Shown here piece by piece: positions 1 to 10,016 of a DNA stretch of 64,000 nt. Position 1 is the first letter of the stretch; each line of letters begins with the position of its first letter. The DNA comes from an uncultured Chlamydiae bacterium (GTDB lineage Bacteria > Chlamydiota > Chlamydiia > Chlamydiales > SM23-39): positions 1,312,001 through 1,376,000 of the forward strand of contig CAWHDP010000002.1 in NCBI GenBank assembly GCA_963828125.1, written 5' to 3'. Both the position numbers and the translations under genes were made by a program. The notes beneath the pieces were generated by a model, which worked only from the letters and a program-made list of their open reading frames with translations, was not told the origin of the DNA and searched no databases.

Positions 1-602
1 AGAGTCAGGAAGTCGAAGATATAGGGATCTTTCGTGGTTTGCTGTGCCAAATCTGATTGAAGGGCTGGCAAAACTGCCTTGAAGTTTGTGATCGCCTTAC
101 CTTCTCTGCGATAGAGATCATTTTCAATCCAGATTGTGAGCATGCTCCTGCTCCAACCATGCTCTATTGCCTTAGAAGCATACCAAAGACGTTCGTCGTG
201 ATTCTTTATTTTTTGAAGGAGAAGGATGTTATGACCCCATGGAATCAAGAAAATAGGCAGAGATTCCAATTGTCGCACAGCTTGTGCGACTTTTTCATAG
301 GCAATGAAAAAGGCCTTCATTCTAAAGATATTAGCCCTAGAAAACCCCTCTACGCCTGGGAACTCATTTTGGAGGTCTTTAGCTACCCTTTCTAAAACCT
401 TGCTACCCCATCCCTCTCGATTTTGTTTTTCAATTATTTCCTTGCCAATCTCCCAATACAGTTTGATCAGTTCGCTGTTGACGGCGACTGCCGCCTTGAT
501 CTGGGCAGACCGTATTTTGGATTTCAAGGAGGTGATGAATTTCACATAATCAGCCGCAGATACTTCGGCTTTTTTAGTGGCAGTAGGGATTTTTTTAGCC
601 AT
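1..602 (-). CDS. YhcG/DUF1016 family PD-(D/E)XK nuclease, N-terminal part (runs off the window)
   Basis: Manual translation from ATG at 602: ...KIRSAQIKAAVAVNSELIKLYWEIG...GWGSKV...GFSRANIFRM...IPWGHN...GWSRSML...KDPYIFDFL, all typical DUF1016 motifs. No stop inside the window, so it is absent from the ORF track. Confidence 0.9.
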   Translation of the reverse strand, partial: MAKKIPTATKKAEVSAADYVKFITSLKSKIRSAQIKAAVAVNSELIKLYWEIGKEIIEKQNREGWGSKVLERVAKDLQNEFPGVEGFSRANIFRMKAFFIAYEKVAQAVRQLESLPIFLIPWGHNILLLQKIKNHDERLWYASKAIEHGWSRSMLTIWIENDLYRREGKAITNFKAVLPALQSDLAQQTTKDPYIFDFLT

Positions 603-786
603 TGGAAGCCCAAATTTCTTTCTCGAATAATAGTCGGATCCCTTCACAGAGAAGGGCTGATTTGTCGGTTTTTCGACGCTCCCTGAGTCTTTTAATGAAC
701 AGTTCGTTTAGAAGGGTCTCCTCCTCCTCGGTCATATAAACGGTGGTCTTCGCCTTTTTGGGCGTTTCGGTGTCTTTCGCTGACAT
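595..786 (-). CDS. Small ribbon-helix-helix/CopG-like DNA-binding protein
   Basis: 63 aa with KTTVYMT strand followed by two helices (KSALLCEGIRLL). Overlaps the start of the DUF1016 gene. Confidence 0.55.
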   Translation of the reverse strand: MSAKDTETPKKAKTTVYMTEEEETLLNELFIKRLRERRKTDKSALLCEGIRLLFEKEIWASNG

Positions 787-922
787 AATCGTCCCTAAAA
801 AATAGTGTTGACTATGATGCCAACCTCTTCAAAAAAAGTCAAACTTTCGTGCCGATTTAATGGTTTGATGCTTTGAAGGCCATATGGTATCCTTAATCAG
901 GAATTTTTAAGGAGAATTTTGA

Positions 923-2026
923 ATGCTCATTTTGAAAATTGAAGAAATAAATCCCATTTCATCCAGTTCATCAGCTATGCCACCCCCCGCGATAGCTTCT
1001 CAGTCAGCAATCACAATAAGTGGCTCTTATCGAGCAGGCCAACGAAGATTGAGAACAGAAACGGCTGGTACTTGCGCATCCCAAACTATTTCAGATGAAC
1101 TTGTGAATGTCATAGTTAAATATGGAAATAATCCGGACGGGATCCCTGCACTACTATACGCTGCGAAAGTCGGGGATTTAAAAGCCGTTGAGCTGTTGGT
1201 TCAGCATGGAGCAGACCCGTATACTAGAGATCATGAAAAGAATACAGCTCTGCATTTTGCACTGCTGTCTAAAAATCTTCAGGTTGTCAGATTTTTTTTA
1301 GAAAAGGGTCTTGATCCCAATGCCAGTAATAATTGGCTGCCAATTTGGTACGAATCGATAAAGTTTGATGATGTAGAATCGTTTAAGCTGCTGGTCGAAT
1401 ACGGACTTAAAATTAACACAGATTCTGATCTAAACAAAAATCCAGCATTGGCTGCTGTGCAATGTGGAAGCCTGAATCTATTAAAATTCATTCTTGTGAA
1501 TGGCGGGAATTTGCCTCACACAGGGATGTTTAATGGACAAGATCCAATTTTATGGTCGATTACCTCGAGATATGAAGGCAAGGGCAAAGAAAAAATCGAG
1601 TGCTTGAAGTGGCTTGTTTCCACTGGCATCTTAAATTTGAAAAACACTGATGAGTTTGACATTGCTAATTCCTATCCAGAGTTTGTTGAATATTTGCTCG
1701 ACAACAACCATATAAGTATCAATCAAAGATTTCATGGGATAAACCAATACCCCATAGTCTATGGTGCTTTTCATAACCCAGCAATTCTTCGACTCGTTAT
1801 AAAAAGAGGCGCGGATGTAAACGCAAAAGATGCATACGGAAACACACAATTGCATATTGCAGCAACAGTTTCCGGCCCTGACCAAAATTATTTGGAGTCT
1901 ATTAAAATCCTACTTGAAAATGGGGCCAATCCCAATCTCAAAGATGGTATGGGTAGAACTCCTTTATCAAGAGCACAAGACCCAAGGGTGAAAAAGTTAT
2001 TGACCGAGTATGGAGCAAAGATCTGA
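923..2026 (+). CDS. Ankyrin-repeat protein, candidate host-targeted effector
   Basis: Several ankyrin consensus units (ALLYAAKVG..AVELLVQHGAD, TALHFA, GNTQLHIA, GRTPL). Ser/Pro-rich N-terminus. AAGGAG RBS upstream. Confidence 0.9.
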   Translation: MLILKIEEINPISSSSSAMPPPAIASQSAITISGSYRAGQRRLRTETAGTCASQTISDELVNVIVKYGNNPDGIPALLYAAKVGDLKAVELLVQHGADPYTRDHEKNTALHFALLSKNLQVVRFFLEKGLDPNASNNWLPIWYESIKFDDVESFKLLVEYGLKINTDSDLNKNPALAAVQCGSLNLLKFILVNGGNLPHTGMFNGQDPILWSITSRYEGKGKEKIECLKWLVSTGILNLKNTDEFDIANSYPEFVEYLLDNNHISINQRFHGINQYPIVYGAFHNPAILRLVIKRGADVNAKDAYGNTQLHIAATVSGPDQNYLESIKILLENGANPNLKDGMGRTPLSRAQDPRVKKLLTEYGAKI

Positions 2027-2079
2027 AAAACACAAAGGGCAAGCAGGGGGATCACGCGCGCGCATTAAGGCGCCGGAAA

Positions 2080-2313
2080 CTATTGAACTTTCCGCCCGAT
2101 CTCCCTGCTAAGACCTTTCATTTCATTCAAAAAGGCCCGTTCCATTTTCCGTTCACTTTTTGCCCTTAAAGTCATTCTTCCATGCTTCTCACGCTTAAAA
2201 AACACCCCTCCGTGCATCCGGCAACGTCCATTTTTCATGCCAGGTTGGGCACACGGAGCCCCGCCTTTTGTTCTACATTTGGCCCCACATGGCCTTATTC
2301 CGAAGACCGGCAT
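2080..2313 (-). CDS. HGGxSTG-domain-like small protein
   Basis: CGAKCRTKGGAPC..PGMKNGRCRMHGG matches the HGGxSTG Cys/His motif. The STG part is degenerate. Confidence 0.75.
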   Translation of the reverse strand: MPVFGIRPCGAKCRTKGGAPCAQPGMKNGRCRMHGGVFFKREKHGRMTLRAKSERKMERAFLNEMKGLSREIGRKVQ

Positions 2314-2783
2314 TAGTGGCCTCCTTTCGGCAATACTGTTTGCATCAAAGCATTCCCTTGCCCGTTATAGCTGTAGTTCACGACGATGTTTTGGGTAGCT
2401 CCCGTTTGTTTCTTAATGAGCATCTGCATAGCCTCACTGCTAAAGCGGAGCAGATTCAGACCGATCCTCTGATCATCAGGACAGCCCTCGGAGAGCTTTT
2501 TCATCCCCAATAAGTGACCAACGACTATTTGGGAGGCGAATAGGGTCTCTAAAGAATCCATCGGTTTAATAGACCTAATGAGAGAAACAACCCCATCCAG
2601 TTCCGCTTTTGAAAAAGATTGCCTGCCATAGTCGCCCTGCCCATAAATAGCTCTTGCTGCCTCTACAACCAACGCTTTTGCGACCTTATCCGATTCAACA
2701 TGGAATGCCTCCATGATTGGAGCGATTGCCTTTGGCGCGTCGACCATAGGTGGGGGAATGGATGATTTTTCGTCCTTAGCCAT
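2313..2783 (-). CDS. Island-associated hypothetical protein (paralog of 2985-3527)
   Basis: Probable start ATG 2783 (MAKDEK). Shares the P.D..E...ASQ motif and a C-terminal Q-N-I-V-V-N-Y..GQ motif with 2985-3527. Coupled to the HGG gene. Confidence 0.6.
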   Translation of the reverse strand: MAKDEKSSIPPPMVDAPKAIAPIMEAFHVESDKVAKALVVEAARAIYGQGDYGRQSFSKAELDGVVSLIRSIKPMDSLETLFASQIVVGHLLGMKKLSEGCPDDQRIGLNLLRFSSEAMQMLIKKQTGATQNIVVNYSYNGQGNALMQTVLPKGGH

Positions 2784-2787
2784 GCCT

Positions 2788-2988
2788 TCAATACCAGTAG
2801 TACCCGACAGCACGGGCACGTTTTTTAATTTCATCTGTTTCCTCCTCGTGCGTTCGCATCGCTTCTTTAGCTTTTGGATCACCTTTTTTCATCTTCACAT
2901 AGAGCTTTATCCAAGCTCTCGCTCTCTTCTCCTGCAATTTTTCTAGCCCATCAAAGTCGTAGTAATCGATGTAGTCAGAATAGCTCAT
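2788..2988 (-). CDS. Hypothetical protein (66 aa)
   Basis: ATGA overlap with the upstream ORF and fills the gap in an operon-like run. Confidence 0.5.
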   Translation of the reverse strand: MSYSDYIDYYDFDGLEKLQEKRARAWIKLYVKMKKGDPKAKEAMRTHEEETDEIKKRARAVGYYWY

Positions 2989-3527
2989 AAATTTTCGGCC
3001 TCGATAGTTGATGGTTCATCTTTTTTAATATTCTTTATATTAACGACCTGCCCCTGATTTACATTGTATTGAACACTGATTTGCTGCGCGCCTTTGCTGC
3101 GGTATTTTTGGAGCGTTTCAAGTGCCTTATGGCTAAATTCAAAGAGATCGATCTGGATAGTATGCCCTACCGATTCTTCGATGCCTCGGACGTAAGTGAT
3201 AGCAAACTGAGAGGCAAGAGCAGCCTCGATTGCATCAGCTGGTTGAAGTGTCTCGATGAGGTGCATGACCATTTCGACTTGATCTCCAGTCGCAACGACC
3301 TTTTTCCCAGCTCCCTTGTATTCTATTTCGTAATCGGTCGGGTCCTTCAATCCATAGGCGGCTTTGACAGAACCCTGCACGATTCTTCTGATGACATTCA
3401 GATTAACGGACGATTTTTCAGTTTTGACAGGATTGAAATCCAACGGGACTGGGTAGTAAATGTCTTCCGGAGCCCTTTTTTTCTTTTTAGTCGTCAAACG
3501 CTTCTTATTTTGTTTTGCATTATCCAT
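2985..3527 (-). CDS. Island-associated hypothetical protein
   Basis: 180 aa with LQPADAIEAALASQ and KYRSKGAQQISVQYNVNQGQ motifs. RBS-like AGAGGGG upstream. Confidence 0.65.
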   Translation of the reverse strand: MDNAKQNKKRLTTKKKKRAPEDIYYPVPLDFNPVKTEKSSVNLNVIRRIVQGSVKAAYGLKDPTDYEIEYKGAGKKVVATGDQVEMVMHLIETLQPADAIEAALASQFAITYVRGIEESVGHTIQIDLFEFSHKALETLQKYRSKGAQQISVQYNVNQGQVVNIKNIKKDEPSTIEAENL

Positions 3528-3645
3528 GAGCCCCTCTTAAAGCCTCTAAATTCATCGATTTTACATTGCCCCAACTGAAATGCCAACGAGACACGAAAAA
3601 GGATTGTAGGGTATTTAAGAGCCATAAATTTGAAAAACGCCATTA

Positions 3646-4650
3646 TCATCCTTTCCCTTCCCAATATCGGAGACCGCCTTCAAACCATTTTCTTAAGTCC
3701 AAACCATCGAGAATAAACGAATCCGCGGGAGATTTTCTCGTTTCTGCCGGCCACGCCCGAAGATTTGGGAATGCCGAGCGCCAATAGTCATATTGTTCCC
3801 TCCCTGCCTCATCGCAATCCAAGCTGTATAGAATTCTAGCTCTTTTTCGGAGCCATTCAAATGTCTCCAGATCAGGTTTCTTAGTTGCGCCTCCCAAAGC
3901 CACGCAAGTGCAAAATTCCCCGATTTCCTGAACAAGAAGCATTGCATCGAATTCACTCTCGACAACTAAGGCAACCTGATTGGCTCGAAAGCCGACGATA
4001 GACATTCGATTTGAACCGCCGGGAATCTGTTTGTATTTCCCGTAAGGATTTCCTTCTGCCCAATCGAGATCTCGAATCTTCAATTTAGAAATGCCGCCGT
4101 CAACCATATCAGCAATCACGGGGCCCCTTGGCAAGCAAAGTTTTTTCTGCGGCTCATCCAATCCCCATTCAGACCGATATTGAAAGCGCTTTTCGGGATT
4201 CCAGCCTATGCGATAGCGGTGAATAGTATCGGCGGTCAATCCATACTTTGACCTCAGAAAGACTGCTGCTTCACGGTCAATCAGAAGACGCCGATGAGAA
4301 GTTTCACAAAATTCTTCAGCCTTTTCTTGCCAAGAATGCGCAGGTAAAGGGGCTGCTTCAAGGTGGATCGGTTTAGAAGAAAAATTGTGAGCAGGGTAAG
4401 GCTCACCGACTCGCGCTACCGCCTCTTTAAAAGTCATGCCCAGGAAATCTCTGCAAAATTGAATTGAATCGCCCTGGATACTGCATCGACGACACCAGTA
4501 TCGACCTCCTCGGTCTTGATTGGGCCATATTCTGAACCGGTCATTTCCTCCATCGGGACATGCAGGACAACGAGAGCCATATTCTCCACCTTTCGTTGCC
4601 GCTACCTTTTTAGGATCCAATCCAACCTGCATAGCCAACTCAAGTAACAT
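3646..4650 (-). CDS. Zn-ribbon + Toprim (DnaG/P4-alpha-like) primase
   Basis: CPACPDGGNDRF...YWCRRC zinc ribbon, plus Toprim motifs VVESEFDA and DCDEAG. Likely start ATG 4650; the longer ORF only reads through the iteron array. Confidence 0.8.
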   Translation of the reverse strand: MLLELAMQVGLDPKKVAATKGGEYGSRCPACPDGGNDRFRIWPNQDRGGRYWCRRCSIQGDSIQFCRDFLGMTFKEAVARVGEPYPAHNFSSKPIHLEAAPLPAHSWQEKAEEFCETSHRRLLIDREAAVFLRSKYGLTADTIHRYRIGWNPEKRFQYRSEWGLDEPQKKLCLPRGPVIADMVDGGISKLKIRDLDWAEGNPYGKYKQIPGGSNRMSIVGFRANQVALVVESEFDAMLLVQEIGEFCTCVALGGATKKPDLETFEWLRKRARILYSLDCDEAGREQYDYWRSAFPNLRAWPAETRKSPADSFILDGLDLRKWFEGGLRYWEGKG

Positions 4651-4680
4651 CACAATTCCTTTTCTGCATTTTTGGATTCC

Positions 4681-4891
4681 TTGCGACAATTGCGACACTG
4701 CGACAAAACCATCTCTTTCTATAGAAAAAAAACGAATCTTTTGATCTTGCGACAGCATAGCGACTAGCTGCGACAAATCTGGGAAGGGTAGCGCTCCTTG
4801 TCGCAGTCTGTCGCTCTTTTGTCGCGAGGACTTTTCGAAACCATTTATCCATGCAAAAACCTTCATTGTCGCAATGTCGCAATTGTCGCAA
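4681..4891. repeat. Symmetric 12-copy GCGAC iteron array, putative replication origin
   Basis: GCGAC at 4683/4692/4700 and 4749/4760/4770; GTCGC at 4800/4810/4821 and 4868/4876/4885. The outer 26-bp inverted repeats (4681-4706 and 4866-4891) differ at one base. Confidence 0.8.
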
Positions 4892-4895
4892 ACCA

Positions 4896-6422
4896 TCAAA
4901 AAACACATTCCCACCAATTCTTTTTCTCTGGCACAGACTTCACATACTCATGTTGAAAGAGAATCTGGATCATCCTTTCCGCCATTTTTTTAGTCCGAAC
5001 AGCATTTGGACCATTCCTCATGATCTCGCGCGCATTGAACTGTTTGAGCTTTCTTTTTTGAAGAAATTCCAAAACACCCTGCGCCAGTTCCAACTCTTGG
5101 TCAACGAATGCAATGCCGTTAATCCGTAGAGCTTCATTGAGATACCACTGAGCGATCGTTACAGCTTTTTTCATCGTTTCCACTGAGATCTCTAGAGCCT
5201 GAAGGTCTTGAAAAGTTTCTAAAATCCCGGCAATACGGGCTGCGTGCTCCGCAATTTTCTTCGCAAAGGAATAGCAGGGCCTGTATCGGCCGGTGAGGCA
5301 AAGCTCCGACTCCACTGATTCGTAAAACTCTTTCCACACTTCTTTTGCCTCAGGAGAAAGGTGGATAGGTTGTGGAACGAGTTCATGTTCCGTACCCTGT
5401 TTCAGGGGCAGGCCACCCTCTACGTCTAGAATTTCATTACATCGGTTCCAAAAGGCCAATAAATGCTCGTCTTGATTTAGATCCGCTTTGTTATACGCTC
5501 CCGTATCTCCGGCAGCAGGGGGAAATGCAGTGAGAAAACGGGCCATGATCCCTTGCTCTCGCATTTCAGGATTAGAGATAAGCTTATTGAAAATGACTGG
5601 TTGCAACATCAGATGAGAAGCCAAACGGCGTCCAGCAAGTCGATACCTTTCTTCAGAGCGGATTCGCGTAATGACGTCTCCGTCCCAAAGCTTGGAGAGA
5701 ACAGCTATTGTCTTCAGAAGATTTTCCTTGTTCATCGAATAGCCCCCAATGAATCTCGCTCCCTCGTCAGAGAATAGGCCCAATGATGGGCGACCAAGAT
5801 AATAAAGACGTTGGAGACCCTCTATTGTCGGTTCATCGCAGATAACGATCGGTTCAAGAGGTCGCTGAGGTTCAATCAGAGCAGCCAACTCTTCATTGAT
5901 ATCATCTGGGCAAATCCGTAAAAGTTTTTTTCGTTTAGCAGTCCAAGCCTCATGATCATTTTTGTATCTCTCCATTTCAGCTTTAAATTCCGATTCCAGC
6001 ACCTCGCGCTGATATGCGTGGATCGATTTTAGCGCCTGCTTGTCCGCGGTACTTTTTCGATCTCCACTTGTAGCCACCGTCAAGAAAAACTCCGATAGTG
6101 GGTGGATCCTTCCATCAATGACCACGTCTCTGTGGCCCTGAACACAAAGAGACGCCGTAGATAAAAAAGAACCTCCGCAGATCGAGTCGGCGACCTTCGA
6201 TGAGTGAATGATGCTCTGAGCCGCTCTGTCCATGAACCTTCCTAGTGCCCAAATGGGAAAAGGTTCAGGAGGAGGGACCTCTCTTTGAAGAGGGAGAGGC
6301 TCAGTACTTTTCTGCTTTTCAGAATATTTTGCCTCTAAGGCTTCAGCTTGTCTCTGGGCATTGGAAAAATCCGGTTGTTTTTCCTCGATAGGAATGCTAT
6401 CGATTGATAAAATGTGTGGCAT
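4896..6422 (-). CDS. DUF3987 (YfjI-like) P-loop helicase/replication protein
   Basis: P.PFP..ALG, SGDRKS (Walker A-like), EPTIEGL, SDEG, LWDG, G..ARFL motifs. Clearly homologous to the C-terminal part of 25576-27936. Confidence 0.85.
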   Translation of the reverse strand: MPHILSIDSIPIEEKQPDFSNAQRQAEALEAKYSEKQKSTEPLPLQREVPPPEPFPIWALGRFMDRAAQSIIHSSKVADSICGGSFLSTASLCVQGHRDVVIDGRIHPLSEFFLTVATSGDRKSTADKQALKSIHAYQREVLESEFKAEMERYKNDHEAWTAKRKKLLRICPDDINEELAALIEPQRPLEPIVICDEPTIEGLQRLYYLGRPSLGLFSDEGARFIGGYSMNKENLLKTIAVLSKLWDGDVITRIRSEERYRLAGRRLASHLMLQPVIFNKLISNPEMREQGIMARFLTAFPPAAGDTGAYNKADLNQDEHLLAFWNRCNEILDVEGGLPLKQGTEHELVPQPIHLSPEAKEVWKEFYESVESELCLTGRYRPCYSFAKKIAEHAARIAGILETFQDLQALEISVETMKKAVTIAQWYLNEALRINGIAFVDQELELAQGVLEFLQKRKLKQFNAREIMRNGPNAVRTKKMAERMIQILFQHEYVKSVPEKKNWWECVF

Positions 6423-6494
6423 CTTGTAGTTCCTTGTCGTTAGCAGTCGCCGATGGTCAGATCAGCAACTGCTCTTATGAAATTTCATTATGTT

Positions 6495-6518
6495 GAGGGC
6501 TCTCTTTGAAGAGCCCTC
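6495..6518. promoter_or_regulatory. GC-rich hairpin between the AlpA-like gene and DUF3987
   Basis: GAGGGCTCT-ctttga-AGAGCCCTC, a perfect 9-bp stem. Confidence 0.4.
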
Positions 6519-6521
6519 CTG

Positions 6522-6770
6522 TTATTTTTTCTCTTGTGCGGCACCAGTCTCTGTCTGAGCTCGGATTTGCTTCAGAAACCCAGCTTCATCGATCAAAATT
6601 CGCCGTCCAATTTTGACAAAGACGTTGTTAAATCCATTCGTCTTCCGAAAAAAAGCAAGATGCCTAAGCCCTCCAACCGGAGGCCAAGGATGGTATTTGG
6701 GCCAATCTACAAGCGGTATAAACTTTGTTCCCTCCTGCACTTTGATCTGGTCATCGGGGCTATCTTTTAT
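6522..6770 (-). CDS. AlpA/excisionase-like DNA-binding protein, 5' end abutted or truncated by IS1634
   Basis: WP..GGLRHL and GR..LIDE motifs shared with 27957-28178. The frame stays open upstream of GTG 6740 up to the IS end at ~6771. Confidence 0.7.
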   Translation of the reverse strand: MKDSPDDQIKVQEGTKFIPLVDWPKYHPWPPVGGLRHLAFFRKTNGFNNVFVKIGRRILIDEAGFLKQIRAQTETGAAQEKK

Positions 6771-8208
6771 CCCACATTCCGCACCCTCTCAGCTGTTAGC
6801 ATAGATTTTTTCAAATTGAGGACCAAGAATGGCTAAGACATGGCTCCGAACGGGATTCATGTTCAGAATGATTTCCTCTATTTTGCCTCCTATTGTCCGA
6901 ATTAAAAGGTGCACTCCCTCAAAAAGCTGAAAGATCCAGCGCATTGTGGGGGTTCGTGTTGCTTTTCCCAATTGATTCGGTACGCAAGCTTTAGCTCGTT
7001 CTAGACTCTGCCGTAAATACCGTTGTGCAATCGTGTAGACTAGCAAACAGAGGCACATCACCATAGCAAGAGCAATAATTTTTTTCTCACTTTTCAAATA
7101 TACAGCCGGCGTCATGAAGGCAGGCTCTTTTAAAAAGCGAAAACCCCGTTCCACCGATTGTTGGCCTTTGTAATTTTGTAAAAGTTCTTTGCTTGTTAGA
7201 AGAGCTTCATCTAATTCGTTGGTTGCAATAATGAATCTCCCTTTTGTTTTAAGAATGTGATCGATTTTATTTGGATCTTCTTTAAGCTGTGTTTTGACGC
7301 GGTAGTGATGAGTCACTAGCGCCCCTGCTTTAGGTCTGCCCTTTCCTCGGTGTGTTTTTTTAGATGTGATTTCTATTTCATTCAGGCAGTGATATTTGAG
7401 TTTTTTACTCCAGCGTAGTACAGCCTCTTTCGCATCATTTTCACAATCAAAGTCGGTTCGCAGCCATCGATTCAGTTCACGCTTTTGCTCTTCATTCTCT
7501 TTTTGAACTTGTCTTCTAAGTGTTTTTTCTTCGCGTATGTATGCTTGTTCAGAATAAACAAGCAACCATCGTTGCTTGACTGCCCCGTATTCGCTCTTAA
7601 ACTCCTTTCCTTGATATCCGAGTTCTAAATTTTCTAACGGACCGGTGTATTGGACGATTTGTTTTGCCTCCACCAGCGTCTCTGGAACTCTTGTAACCCA
7701 TTTTATCGATGATGACAAATCTCCAATTGTTGCCTTGGTGTACAATGCGCTGTCGGCCACAAAGTAGAGATTCTCGCCAGCTTGAATTTGTCCTCGTAAT
7801 TCCTTCAATCGTTCTCGGAACAGCTCTTTGTCTGATGTGTTACCGGCCACTGTTTTTGCTAAAAGAGGCACGTCTCCATCCTGGCTCGACATCAGATAAA
7901 TCATAAATTGTTTTAAGTCAGGACGATGATCTTTTGAATATCCAAATGTGACCAATCCTATTCCTTCATTGGTATCGTATTCCCCATGCACCTGCATACT
8001 TGTAGAATCTAAGTGTCGAAATTTTTGAGATACTCCAAAACGCAGAGCAGCTTGAGAGGCTATAGATGCAAATAGAGGATCGCATCCGGAAGCAAAAAGC
8101 TGGTTCAATGTCCTTCTCAATCGATCGTCATTGATCGCATCCTCGCAATCTTTTAATAGAAAGCGATTTACTGGCCGTGAAGAGAAAAATTGTGCTTCGA
8201 GATATAGG
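6771..8208 (-). mobile_element. IS1634-family element, 5'-truncated
   Basis: Transposase motifs HLDSTS, GYSKDHRPDLKQF, ADSALY, VERGFRFLK. Terminus CCCACATTCCGCA at 6771. The frame continues upstream of the TTG (LYLEAQFF...INDDRL) and is cut at 8208. Confidence 0.9.
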
Positions 8209-8265
8209 TGTCAAGCGACACCAGAAAGTGACCCACCGGCGACATTGAAAAGTGACCCACCCCCA
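8209..8265. mobile_element. Isolated IS21-like terminal repeat
   Basis: Begins TGT and holds two copies of GCGACA-N-AAAGTGACCCACC, the multi-repeat end structure typical of the IS21 family. No istAB follows. Confidence 0.65.
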
Positions 8266-8274
8266 ATCCTTTTC

Positions 8275-9650
8275 GGTAGTGTAACATCGTTTCTGTAAAT
8301 TCAGACTAGGATTTTGGCCGGGTCGAAAAACCCTGGTGGAAAATGGTCTGAGATCCCATTCTTCTTTTCTAACTCGTTTCAAAAATTGAAAGGAAGGAAT
8401 GTTATGATCTCAGACCAGTTAAAGGATACCTTAGTGGACCAAATTGTGAAAGGACTCATTGGCCAAGGCATGGATGGGTTGAAGCCCGTCTTAGAGTTAC
8501 TGTTCAATGGAACGATGAAAATGGAAAGGGAACAGTTCCTCGGTGCTGGTTCCCATGAGAGAACAGAGGGCAGGAAGGGGTACGCCAATGGGTATAAGCC
8601 AAAAGAGTTGCAAACCAGGTTGGGAGCCCTGGATCTACAGATCCCTCAGGTAAGAGGCCTTGGGTTTTATCCCCAGAGTCTGGAGAAGGGCACTCGTTCA
8701 GAAAAAGCCCTAAAGTTGGCAATAGCCCAGATGTATTTAGAAGGGGTCTCGACTAGGAGGGTGCAGGATATTACCGAGAAGCTGTGCGGCCTCGAGATAA
8801 GTTCAACCCAGGTCTCGAGGCTGACTCAAGAGCTGGATGGGCAGTTTGAGCTGTTTAGGAATAGACCGATAGGAGAGGTGAGCTATCTGGTCATTGATGC
8901 AATCTACCTCAAGGTGCGGCACAATGGGTCTGTAATCGACATGGCGATCCTTCTGGGCTATGGAATTACTCCGGAAGGGAAACGAGAAATCCTAGGAGCC
9001 TCCGCGAGCCTCTCGGAGGCTGAGGTTCACTGGAGGGAGTTTTTTAAGCACCTTCAGTCTCGGGGGATGCGAGGACTCCGGTTAATCATTAGCGATGATC
9101 ATGCCGGAATGAAAAGTGCGAGGAAGGCAATGTTCCCATCAGTGCCATGGCAGAGATGTCAGTTCCACCTGGCGCAGAACGCCCAAAGCTATGCTCCTAA
9201 GAAATCGATGAGGGTAGAGATAGCAGAGGTAATGAGGGAGATTTTTAACAGTCCGACTGTTGAAATGGCGCAAGAGATGAAACGCCGGGCCATAGAGAGA
9301 TACCAGAAGCGTGCTCCTGAGTTTGCGAAATGGCTCGAGGAGAATGTCGATGAAGGGCTGACAGTTTATCAGTTTCCGAAGGAGCACTGGAAGCGGGTGA
9401 GGACCTCCAATGGTATGGAGCGGGTCAACAAGGAGATTAAGCGGCGGACGCGAGTGGCTGTCTTGTTCCCGAATCCGGAATCAGCGCTCCGGTTGGTGAC
9501 AGGTGTAGTGATCGAAATCCATGAGGAGTGGGTGACGGGCAAACAGTATTTAGATATGAGTCCACTGTTAAATCAGGGACCGAGAAATGAATAACCTCGA
9601 GGGAGAAAAGAGGAAAAAAATGGAATTTACAGAAAAGTTGTTGCTTTGCC
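8275..9650 (+). mobile_element. IS256-family element with intact-looking transposase (ORF to 9594, likely start ~8404)
   Basis: MYLEGVSTRRV, DAIYLKVR, SDDHAG, WQRCQFH, RTSNGMERVNKEIKRR motifs. Imperfect ~28-bp terminal IRs (GGTAGTGTAACATCGTTTCTGTAAATTC and GAATTTACAGAAAAGTTGTTGCTTTGCC). No target duplication visible. Confidence 0.92.
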
Positions 9651-10004
9651 GTCGTTCAAAATATCGGAGGAGTTTCTCAATATGCAGTGAATCAACTCGC
9701 CATGGGGAAAAAGCAAATTGATGCGCGGTTGCCTGATAATCCAGATGAACTATTGAACGATCCAAACTGGGAAGAAACCTCTCATCCAGAAGCTAAAGAA
9801 CATGGGCATAGAACTTTTGAAAACACAAAGACTGGAGAAACAATTCGACATGATGCTGCCAAACCAGGGACAACGGGACATAAAGCACAAGACCACTGGC
9901 ACCGGCATAATCCAGACTCAACAGGAGATATTGATAAATATTTAGATGCAAAAGGAAATCCTGTTCCTGATGGTCATCCAGATTCACATTTATACCCTAG
10001 GTAA
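9651..10004 (+). pseudogene. Orphan polymorphic-toxin (Rhs-type) C-terminal domain, truncated by IS256
   Basis: The frame is open from the IS edge (VVQNIGGVSQYAVNQLAM...). His-rich C-terminus (HWHRHNP...YLD..GNPV...SHLYP) resembles Rhs toxin tips. A small gene follows directly. Confidence 0.6.
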
Positions 10005-10016
10005 GGAGTTGATTAT

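Noticed and set aside
4681..4891. CRISPR-like array
   Set aside because: Units are 5-8 bp, half inverted, with no unique spacers.
4651..4917. N-terminal 89-aa extension of the primase ORF
   Set aside because: It reads through the iteron array; the recognisable Zn-ribbon protein starts near ATG 4650.
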